Virus record (IMG/VR): IMGVR_UViG_3300021375_000026
Direction: 5' to 3' (one strand)
Source: an uncultured virus (IMG/VR IMGVR_UViG_3300021375_000026)
Lineage: Duplodnaviria; Heunggongvirae; Uroviricota; Caudoviricetes
Length of the DNA stretch: 64,000 bases
A program made the position numbers and the translations under genes. A model generated the notes under the pieces. It did no database searches. It was given only the letters and a program-made list of their open reading frames with translations, and was not told where the DNA came from. Below, piece after piece: positions 56,812-64,000 of the stretch (the first letter of the stretch is position 1; every line of letters starts with the position of its first letter).

Positions 56812-57059
56812 GAAAGTACAGCGAAGTTTTAGCGGAAAAGAAAGCGGCAGCAGAAGCAGAAAAGGCTAGAGTTGAGAATATGACTGATGAAGATAAAATG
56901 CACGAATACCGCATCTTAATTAGTGATATGCGTAAGTACATGAGTATAGGTTCATGGGGTAAAAAGACTCCACAGAAAGTAACAAACGAGTTTAGAAGTT
57001 TGATGAGTAAAGCCAATGCGGTTCATGTTGAGAGGATGCTATATGAGTCAGAAGAGTGA
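56808..57059 (+). CDS. Hypothetical helical protein
   Basis: ATGA-coupled. Confidence 0.6.
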   Translation: MRKYSEVLAEKKAAAEAEKARVENMTDEDKMHEYRILISDMRKYMSIGSWGKKTPQKVTNEFRSLMSKANAVHVERMLYESEE

Positions 57060-57843
57060 TTACTTTATCCTAAAAGTAAAAGACTTAGAGTTATTAGAAG
57101 CGACTCCATACACAAGAGCAGCCGAAGGTAATAGAAGTAAACCATTTTACAAAAAACCTACAATACTTTTAAGGGATAAAAAAGTAGATAAATATTTTGC
57201 TATACTTGATACAAGTATGTTCTCAAGATTTATCATGGCTATGGATAGTGAAGTATCATTTTTAGATTGTAACCATTGGCTCTCTTTATCCATAGATGGT
57301 GAGTTAGACTTCTATGATTTGATATTATCATTCATACAAGATTATCCCGATTCATCTTTTGGTGTATGGGTTACTTCGGGTATCATACACGGTATTGATG
57401 ACGGGGCATGGGATAGTAAAAGTAAATATCTTGTGGAATTATACGAGCAGTTGCCCGCTTATCTGATGCACAAACCTGCTGATTGGGATTCATACATGAG
57501 GATGAGTAAGATAGATGGTAAAATGTACCCGACGCTTGCGTATCATAGCGGAAAAAAACACATAGAAATAGTGTGTGCTACACAGCGTACTTACATCGTT
57601 GGTAGGTATGAGGTAGGTGATGGGTTTATTCAGCCTGTACGTGCTTCTATACTACCATTTTGGGCACATCTAGTACCCCTAGAGACATTCCATAAACAGG
57701 TCGAAAAACATTTAGACCTACTAAATACTATTGGGGAAAAAGAATTACCCGAACAACCATTCACTAAAGCAAGGGCTAATAGTATAGACTTTGCAGATAG
57801 AAATAGACTAGAACATGAGAATTATTTATTAATTTTTCAATAG
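57043..57843 (+). CDS. Hypothetical protein
   Basis: Long ORF; GAGGA SD before MSQKSDY. Confidence 0.7.
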   Translation: MSQKSDYFILKVKDLELLEATPYTRAAEGNRSKPFYKKPTILLRDKKVDKYFAILDTSMFSRFIMAMDSEVSFLDCNHWLSLSIDGELDFYDLILSFIQDYPDSSFGVWVTSGIIHGIDDGAWDSKSKYLVELYEQLPAYLMHKPADWDSYMRMSKIDGKMYPTLAYHSGKKHIEIVCATQRTYIVGRYEVGDGFIQPVRASILPFWAHLVPLETFHKQVEKHLDLLNTIGEKELPEQPFTKARANSIDFADRNRLEHENYLLIFQ

Positions 57844-57858
57844 TTAGGGAGGCCGCAA

Positions 57859-58003
57859 AAAGAATTAATCGTGGTACTGCGGCTTTATTTTTTAATTTTT
57901 TAATTTCTTCAATAGTATGTATGGTAATAGGTTAGTCTCTTAACCATTATAGAAGAAATAAAATAAATAAATAATAGGCTCTCAGTACAGCGTTTTATTC
58001 TTT
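57859..58003. repeat. AT-rich long imperfect inverted repeat, copy 2 (candidate origin)
   Basis: AAAGAATTAATCGTGGTACTG ... CAGTACAGCGTTTTATTCTTT; upstream of the helicase operon. Confidence 0.6.
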
Positions 58004-58061
58004 TGACGCTTGCGGTAATAAAAGAAAATAATTAAAAGCGTAATACATAGGTGGAAAAAAT

Positions 58062-58433
58062 ATGAGTAAGAGAAGCGGTGCTTTGAATAAAAGATTTCAA
58101 ACAGAAGTCTATAATTATTTGAGCGAAGAAGGGATGAAGAACACTAGAGAAATAACCGATTGGTATAATGAGAGGTTGAATAAGAAGGGTATGAAGGCTA
58201 AAGACACCATTTCTTGTATAAGGGCGGCAGCAGTATTGAATAGAAGCATATTGTTTGAAAAGAAAGGCAACATACCACACCAATATACTTCGGCTAATAA
58301 TATTATATCTCTATGGGATGTAAGACCGATTGAAACAGCAGTTGATAAAGTAATATTATCGAAAAAGCAATTACATAGATTCCCTAAGTTTCTTAGAGAT
58401 GCAGTAACAAGGAGGGTTGAAAATGCTGAGTGA
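58062..58433 (+). CDS. Winged-helix protein
   Basis: VYNYLSEEGMKNTREITDWY... wHTH pattern. Confidence 0.6.
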   Translation: MSKRSGALNKRFQTEVYNYLSEEGMKNTREITDWYNERLNKKGMKAKDTISCIRAAAVLNRSILFEKKGNIPHQYTSANNIISLWDVRPIETAVDKVILSKKQLHRFPKFLRDAVTRRVENAE

Positions 58434-59202
58434 AAAAATGATACAACAAATGAACGACACAGATTTAGTATGGTGTAAAAACGTGTCAGTCGAGCCTACG
58501 TCTTTGTTAGTGTATTTTCAAGGAGAACAGGGCTTCGCATCCTTTGTAGCGTGTAGCGGTCTTGTAGGTGAGGCTAAACCAATCTGTAAGATATTTTCTA
58601 AACTACACAACGTAGAGCCAATTAATACTGTACCTAACCCAAGTTTTGCCGAGTGGAGATTGTATGAAGCATACAATAATATCGGCAGAAGATATTTTAT
58701 CTTACGTATGTCTCACACGTATGTAGTAAATCAAGATAAAACTAAAGCATGGTTGTATAACTATCCTGTAATGAGAGATATAGTTTTATCCTTAAACAAA
58801 CTAGGTGTTGATGAGATGACATATCTTACTACGAATATTATGCAGGAGTTTATGTATCAAGATACATTACAGATACCCGATAACGACCTGTTGATTTATG
58901 ACTACCAAGAAAAACCCGACTACTCATTCTTCCATGACAGCGTTGAGGAAACAAAAAAACAATTGATAGTACCTCCGCCTGCGTGGATGTTTTCAGAAGT
59001 CTTTGAAAACTTTTCCCTTAATAATAAAGGTAATTACTTAGTGGTTTGTAGCAATACAAAAAATACTTTTGTGAATATCAAATCCGTTGATACAATAGTC
59101 AAGTTTTTAACCGAGACGCATTTACTGTCTATTGATGCAGACTATATGTTGAAAGTTGAAGAGGCACTATTAGATATAGAAGGACATACGGCAGGTGAAT
59201 AA
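58423..59202 (+). CDS. Possible PAC2 (proteasome assembly chaperone PbaA/PbaB)-like protein
   Basis: LLVYFQGEQGFASFVA, DIVLSLNKLGVDEMTYLT and a C-terminal LSIDADYML..EE helix follow the PAC2 layout; divergent. Confidence 0.45.
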   Translation: MLSEKMIQQMNDTDLVWCKNVSVEPTSLLVYFQGEQGFASFVACSGLVGEAKPICKIFSKLHNVEPINTVPNPSFAEWRLYEAYNNIGRRYFILRMSHTYVVNQDKTKAWLYNYPVMRDIVLSLNKLGVDEMTYLTTNIMQEFMYQDTLQIPDNDLLIYDYQEKPDYSFFHDSVEETKKQLIVPPPAWMFSEVFENFSLNNKGNYLVVCSNTKNTFVNIKSVDTIVKFLTETHLLSIDADYMLKVEEALLDIEGHTAGE

Positions 59203-60552
59203 ATGAGTACGCAGATAAGGAGGTTTAATGTCTTTGAAAAGACAATAGAGTTTGCACAAAAAAATCATTTTGTGGGAGTCGAAGATAAGATACCTATATT
59301 CTTATGTAGTGTCGGAGGACATCTTTTTAATACCTTAAATAAATGTAGTCGCTGCGACTTCGACCCCGATAGCCCATTGGTGAATGAAGAAGATGGTGAT
59401 TTCGTCATAGAAAATTGTCCACTAAGACATGACAATATGCCCTTCTATACACCTATGTCTCAATTGCCCGATACACGTATTCACATACTAATGAGGGGTG
59501 CTAAGGGTAGCGGTAAATCGGTTCTAATTCTTATGTTCCTAGCAGAAGGTACAGGTTTACTATACAATACTAACCAAGACTTAGGGCAGGGCATGAGAAC
59601 AATGATGGGTGCTAACTCTATTACAGAAGCAGGTATGTTCGGCTCGGTTGATGAAGAGGGCAACATAGCAGGTCGCCCTATTGCTAGAGAGATGTGTGGT
59701 GGCTTCTTAGGGTTTGAAGAGTTTAGTAGTATGTCTGATGCGTCTAAAAAAGACCACAGCCTAGATATGAAAAACCAATTACTTACATCCTTAGATAATG
59801 GTAGGGTACAAAAAGCCATGAGAAACGGTTGGGTAAATTACACTACTAGGTATTCTATTTGGGCGGGTACACAGCCTGCTAGGTTTGAGTTAGACTCCGG
59901 TTTGGATAGACGTTTCTTTATCATAGATATAGAGATGACACCGGAAAAAGAGAGAGCATACAAAATTGCACAGCATCGTCAAGCAAATATGCAGGCAGAA
60001 GAAAGGGCAATCTTAGCAAACCTAAACCTAGAGATTAGAACGTGGATTAGACAACGTGTAGAAACTGCGGTGGCAAATCCTCCTTCGGGAATAATCTTTG
60101 ATGATGACATTATGGAATGGATTGACAGGCCGGATGTACGTTCTTTTGAGGCAGATTTATTCAGAAGATTGTGTATTGGTTATGCTATGATGCAACCGGA
60201 ATATCGTGGTGGAGAGCCTTTAATAATTAGACTTGATGATACTTTAACGGGAATACTAAACCAATCGCTAGCCATGAGAAGAACCGTTATGGATGCAGAC
60301 CTAGACTTAATACGCTCGGCATTTTGGATGAAGGATATTCCTAAGAGTCAATTGTTGAAGGAGATTTCTAGGATGATTACTAATGGAGATTATCAATCCG
60401 CTAAGAGATGGCTCATAGAAAACCTTGAGTCGCAAACGTGGTACACCGAGCATGAGCCTGCTGTAAAAAGGCGTGGTCGTAAAGGTGTTATATGTCGTTT
60501 TGGTAATCTTAGTGAGAGTGCCGAGAACCTACAATGGGGGAATAAAGCATGA
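59203..60552 (+). CDS. MCM-like AAA+ helicase
   Basis: IHILMRGAKGSGKS (Walker A), SITEAGMFG, GFLGFEEF (Walker B), AGTQP, GLDRRFF (Arg finger). Confidence 0.8.
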   Translation: MSTQIRRFNVFEKTIEFAQKNHFVGVEDKIPIFLCSVGGHLFNTLNKCSRCDFDPDSPLVNEEDGDFVIENCPLRHDNMPFYTPMSQLPDTRIHILMRGAKGSGKSVLILMFLAEGTGLLYNTNQDLGQGMRTMMGANSITEAGMFGSVDEEGNIAGRPIAREMCGGFLGFEEFSSMSDASKKDHSLDMKNQLLTSLDNGRVQKAMRNGWVNYTTRYSIWAGTQPARFELDSGLDRRFFIIDIEMTPEKERAYKIAQHRQANMQAEERAILANLNLEIRTWIRQRVETAVANPPSGIIFDDDIMEWIDRPDVRSFEADLFRRLCIGYAMMQPEYRGGEPLIIRLDDTLTGILNQSLAMRRTVMDADLDLIRSAFWMKDIPKSQLLKEISRMITNGDYQSAKRWLIENLESQTWYTEHEPAVKRRGRKGVICRFGNLSESAENLQWGNKA

Positions 60553-60920
60553 GAAAATTAGAAGGTAGATTAAGTCGTCGTACTATGAGTAAACAAAACG
60601 ACGCTATCAAATGTGCTGCTAGGTATCTTTTAGATAAAAGTACACCACGTACTGCTGCTGAGTGTTTTGAACATATGACTTTCAAAAGCGGTAGGTTGTA
60701 TAGAATTAGTGCTAGGGCTACTACATTAAGGAGACTAGAAAGTAGAATGGCTAGACACCCCGTACTCACTAAACATAATACTAACCCAAAAACATATACT
60801 TGTACCTTAAAAGAATATGAAGAATATTTTGATTGCGACCCATTTTATGACTACACCGACCAAACTGTTAAAAATAAACAATCACACGATAAACCATCAA
60901 GGAGACAGAATAATGGGTAA
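60549..60920 (+). CDS. Winged-helix-like protein
   Basis: ARYLLDKSTPRTAAECF...LESRMARHP. Confidence 0.5.
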   Translation: MRKLEGRLSRRTMSKQNDAIKCAARYLLDKSTPRTAAECFEHMTFKSGRLYRISARATTLRRLESRMARHPVLTKHNTNPKTYTCTLKEYEEYFDCDPFYDYTDQTVKNKQSHDKPSRRQNNG

Positions 60921-61668
60921 AATTGTCTGTTGGTTTAGTGGTGGTGTTACTTCAACCGTTGCTACTAAATTAGCGTTAGAGAGATATGATGATGTAGAGA
61001 TTATATTTTTCGAGACAGGAAGCCATCATCCCGACAATGATAGGTATTTTGCTGAGTGTGAAAAATGGTTCGGGCAACCAATCATAGTTTTACAAGATGA
61101 AAAACATGAAGATATTTATTCTATTTTTGAGGAAAAAAGATTTATCAACTCTCCTTATGGCTCACCTTGTACTCAAATATTAAAGAGAAAAGTTAGGCAG
61201 AAGTGGGAAGATGAAGTTGACTACAAAAATAATTATGACGGTCAAGTGTTCGGCTTCGATTGTTCACCAAGAGAATACAAAAGAGCAGAAAGATTTCACA
61301 AAGAATATCCGTACACTAAACCACTATTCCCACTAATCGGTTGTAATTTAACAAAGGAAGATTGCTTCGATATAATGGAGAGAAACGGTATAGAGATACC
61401 AAAAATGTATAGGTTAGGTTACGGTAATAATAACTGTATAGGCTGCGTCAAAGGTGGTATGGGTTATTGGAATAAGATAAGAATAGATTTTCCCGAAGTG
61501 TTTGAAAAGACTGCTTCTTTGGAGAGAGAGATAGGTGCTACTTGTATCACAGATAGAAACGGTAATCGTGTATATCTTGATGAGTTAGACCCGAATAGGG
61601 GATGGGAGTTAAAACCCTACGTTGAGCCTTGTGGCTCATTTTGTGATGATTTAGATGGAGTTGAATAA
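60913..61668 (+). CDS. PAPS-reductase-like / PP-loop adenine nucleotide alpha-hydrolase (start 60913)
   Basis: WFSGGVTS, HHPDN.R, PCT..LKR, FPLI, MY.LGY.NNNCIGCVKGG.GYW. Confidence 0.8.
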   Translation: MGKIVCWFSGGVTSTVATKLALERYDDVEIIFFETGSHHPDNDRYFAECEKWFGQPIIVLQDEKHEDIYSIFEEKRFINSPYGSPCTQILKRKVRQKWEDEVDYKNNYDGQVFGFDCSPREYKRAERFHKEYPYTKPLFPLIGCNLTKEDCFDIMERNGIEIPKMYRLGYGNNNCIGCVKGGMGYWNKIRIDFPEVFEKTASLEREIGATCITDRNGNRVYLDELDPNRGWELKPYVEPCGSFCDDLDGVE

Positions 61669-62289
61669 ATGAGGACTAAGAGAGAGATTGAATTAAGATT
61701 GCATAACGAGAATGATGCTTTTGTGATAGAAGTATTACGGTGGGTGCTACAAGGGTCTTGTGATTTTTGCGAACACAAAAACCGTAAAGAGATGGAGTTA
61801 GAAGTACACACAGGAGATTCTTCCCCTGCGTATCTTGAAGGTAAATATAATTGGGCTGATGGAACGGTTATGCACCACATGGATTATCACATGGAGTACG
61901 ACCCTGCCGAAGCCAAACACGTTGAAGAAGCACGTTCTCAATCTATCAATACATTAGATGCTGCGGAGGATATTGTTCTTAGGATTCAGTCTTACTTAGA
62001 TGAGTTAGAGATACGAAAAGAAGAAGAAGGTGGTATTACTTCTGAGTTTGTAACAGATGCCGCTAGACTTATCGGACAGGCTAATACTTCCTTAAAACTA
62101 GTCGGTCAATTGAAGAAAGAGATAGGTGTAGATTCACAATTACTTTTAGCCCAATTACAAATGTCGGATGTTAGTAGAATCTTAGTAGATGTTCTCGGAC
62201 ACGACCACTTGTTATTGGATAGTGTAGAAAAGAAACTTAATGCTTTATCTGCACCTGTTATAGATGTAGAATATAAGGAGGTTGAATGA
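61669..62289 (+). CDS. Zn-binding HTH plus coiled-coil protein; candidate terminase small subunit
   Basis: CDFCEH..R.EME...HHMDYH, then a long helix and LKLVGQLKKEI. Confidence 0.4.
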   Translation: MRTKREIELRLHNENDAFVIEVLRWVLQGSCDFCEHKNRKEMELEVHTGDSSPAYLEGKYNWADGTVMHHMDYHMEYDPAEAKHVEEARSQSINTLDAAEDIVLRIQSYLDELEIRKEEEGGITSEFVTDAARLIGQANTSLKLVGQLKKEIGVDSQLLLAQLQMSDVSRILVDVLGHDHLLLDSVEKKLNALSAPVIDVEYKEVE

Positions 62290-62585
62290 TGCCTAAGAAG
62301 TGGAGAAATAAACCTACACGTATGATGATAAACCGTACTTTAGAGAAAAAAGAAATACCTGATTTGCTTATGGCTATGGCCGAAGATGGCGTTAGTGCGT
62401 ACATAACTAAAAATGGTATAGCGTGGTATCATGCTGAATACAAAGTAGCCAAGAATGTTATAGGTGATGTTTGGGGTTTATCCTCAACGCAGATGGACAG
62501 GGTAAATAATTACATATATGGTAATGACCCCTTTGTAAGTAGCGGTACTAATCTTTATAAACATGAATATGAAAAAAATGACTAA
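62286..62585 (+). CDS. Hypothetical protein
   Basis: Coupled ORF with GGAGG SD. Confidence 0.6.
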   Translation: MMPKKWRNKPTRMMINRTLEKKEIPDLLMAMAEDGVSAYITKNGIAWYHAEYKVAKNVIGDVWGLSSTQMDRVNNYIYGNDPFVSSGTNLYKHEYEKND

Positions 62586-62590
62586 AAAAA

Positions 62591-63238
62591 TTGAAAGGGG
62601 GTATAGGCATTATAATTTTTACAAAAGACCCTACACCATTTATGACAGGAGATTATCTTGTCATGTATAGGACATTAGATACTGCACCTACACAGGCTAA
62701 TGTTACTTATATTTTACACACAGATAAGTTTGGGGTAAAAGAAATAGAGAAATGGTCGCCTATTATACAGAATAAGTTAGTTATTGTTACCGAAAAAGCA
62801 CCTAAGATAACAAAAAAGATAGAGGATTTAGTTGTCGTTGATGACAAGTTGCTCATAAAAAATAAGGATAATTATTTCGGTGCTATCAAATCTTTACTTA
62901 CATGGAATGATAGAAAAAGAGTGAGCAAGGTGTTGCACGACACACCACTACCACTAGTTATTGCTTTCTTAAAACAAAATGATGTGGATATAGAAGTGTG
63001 GCGTAGTCTAGCGAAAACACATCAAATATTACCGGAAAAATACTCTAGGGCTTTGTTGACTTACAAGATTAAACCTAAAACTATGAGAGTTAATTGGCCT
63101 AAAAAGAAAACAAAGAAAAAAGAACGACCCAATGTGTTTGAATATGACGATGAACATTGGGAGATTATAAAGGATAACTCTATAACCGTAGCCAATACCT
63201 TACGCAAGCGTAAGAAGGTGTCGGATGAATGGGTGTAA
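62591..63238 (+). CDS. Hypothetical protein
   Basis: 215-aa ORF with a TTG start. Confidence 0.6.
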   Translation: MKGGIGIIIFTKDPTPFMTGDYLVMYRTLDTAPTQANVTYILHTDKFGVKEIEKWSPIIQNKLVIVTEKAPKITKKIEDLVVVDDKLLIKNKDNYFGAIKSLLTWNDRKRVSKVLHDTPLPLVIAFLKQNDVDIEVWRSLAKTHQILPEKYSRALLTYKIKPKTMRVNWPKKKTKKKERPNVFEYDDEHWEIIKDNSITVANTLRKRKKVSDEWV

Positions 63239-63438
63239 TAGGTTTATTAATAATATTACTATATATATATGTGTCTTTTTGGGCTATTTCCATCTTCTTC
63301 GATATGGATATGTATGAGATGTTAACAGATACTACTAAAGAATACACAAACGCTTGCGAAGCAAAAAGACAAGGTATAAATGAAGGGGATAATTCCTTCG
63401 CTGATGCTATTTTTTGGTCGGATTTAGGAAACCATTAA
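63229..63438 (+). CDS. Small membrane protein
   Basis: N-terminal hydrophobic helix. Confidence 0.55.
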   Translation: MGVIGLLIILLYIYVSFWAISIFFDMDMYEMLTDTTKEYTNACEAKRQGINEGDNSFADAIFWSDLGNH

Positions 63439-63465
63439 TAAGAAGCATAGCGACAACCTTTATAC

Positions 63466-63867
63466 ATGAGTGCGAACAACCGCCGAGTAAGGCGGCTTAT
63501 AGTCGATATACTATGGAAACATGGTGCTATGACTAAAGAGGCAGTCGCACAAAGACTCTCTAGCGATAAAAACGTGAGAGCAGTACCTTCACCGCACAGT
63601 TTATCGGCTCTCTTATCTAAGAATCCTCAAATTGTACCTGTCGGTAGTGAGAAGGTGGAGAATGCCGTAGGATTAAAGGCTAGCCATCTTATCTATGACA
63701 TAAATAGAGACTTAATTAAGTCCACCGATGATATAGTTTATAGCCGAACTCCAACCGTGATGACACCTACACAAAGGAGAGAAGCAGTACAATGCAAGTG
63801 CGGAAGAATAAGAGTATTTCCACCGGATTCGGATGTTTGTCTACATTGTGTAAGGAATAATTCATAA
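63466..63867 (+). CDS. Winged-helix protein with C-terminal Zn ribbon
   Basis: IVDILWKHGAMTKEAVA...LSALLSKNP; CKCG...CLHC. Confidence 0.7.
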   Translation: MSANNRRVRRLIVDILWKHGAMTKEAVAQRLSSDKNVRAVPSPHSLSALLSKNPQIVPVGSEKVENAVGLKASHLIYDINRDLIKSTDDIVYSRTPTVMTPTQRREAVQCKCGRIRVFPPDSDVCLHCVRNNS

Positions 63868-63889
63868 CACACTAACGGAGTAGATACAC

Positions 63890-64000
63890 ATGGGGGAGAT
63901 GATGCGAGAGGATATTAGTAGCATTCTGTCAGCCATGTATCATACCCACCATAATTACGACCTATCGTATTTACTCTCTCCCGCCCACATTTCCGAAGGT
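63890..64000 (+). CDS. Partial ORF running off the window end
   Basis: GGAG SD and ATG; no stop before 64000. Confidence 0.5.
   Translation, partial: MGEMMREDISSILSAMYHTHHNYDLSYLLSPAHISEG

Larger units (their letters stand above)
48792..58036 (+). promoter_or_regulatory. Ten (G/C)ACGCTTG-box promoters
   Basis: Boxes at 48792, 48961, 49961, 50420, 51101, 52326, 53606, 54695, 56493 and 58005, each starting 31-33 nt before the end of a TATA hexamer. Confidence 0.75.

Noticed and set aside
1182..60552. Inteins or introns in polB, terL or MCM
   Set aside because: Proteins are of compact length with contiguous motifs; no intein termini or homing endonuclease motifs.
1047..61880. Minus-strand ORFs overlapping polB, primase, terL, DUF932, MCM and others
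   Set aside because: Shadow frames lacking motifs or expression signals.
1..64000. Provirus boundaries or integrase
   Set aside because: No recombinase, att-like repeat or cellular housekeeping gene seen; both ends cut through viral-type ORFs.

Overview
This window is almost certainly most of the genome of a tailed dsDNA archaeal virus (Caudoviricetes, siphovirus-like). It resembles the magroviruses of Marine Group II Euryarchaeota (Poseidoniales). The assignment is inferred from archaeal-type replication genes, TATA-box promoters, GGTGA/GGAGG ribosome-binding sites, and LDL-receptor-A and SAP domains; no database search was run. Layout: (1) 1-6.6 kb (+), replication: clamp-like protein, PolB, Cas4-like nuclease, fused PriS-PriL primase, ERCC4 nuclease, with 4-Cys micro-ORFs in between. 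(2) 6.6-39.5 kb (-), morphogenesis: portal, protease/scaffold, capsid, neck, 2689-aa repeat fibre, tail tube, frameshifted tail chaperone, tape measure, 2353-aa tail-tip protein. (3) 39.8-43.2 kb (+): metallophosphoesterase and large terminase. (4) 43.2-49 kb: a gene-poor but highly patterned putative early region. (5) 49-64 kb (+): small genes, DUF932-like protein, pyrimidine-dimer glycosylase-like protein, several winged-helix proteins, a PAC2-like protein, MCM-like helicase and PAPS-reductase-like protein. The most interesting signals are regulatory. At 43.3-45.2 kb a structured RNA leader and an ATT-start gene precede an array of mini-genes, each separated by a conserved 18-nt motif plus a covarying hairpin. 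At 45.2-48.6 kb, AAATCC/palindrome modules separate single-gene units. A GACGCTTG box sits at fixed spacing upstream of about 10 TATA boxes. Two related ~150-170 bp inverted-repeat elements are candidate origins. ORF-less promoters may make small RNAs resembling the 16S rRNA anti-Shine-Dalgarno tail. No tRNA, rRNA, CRISPR array or integrase was seen.
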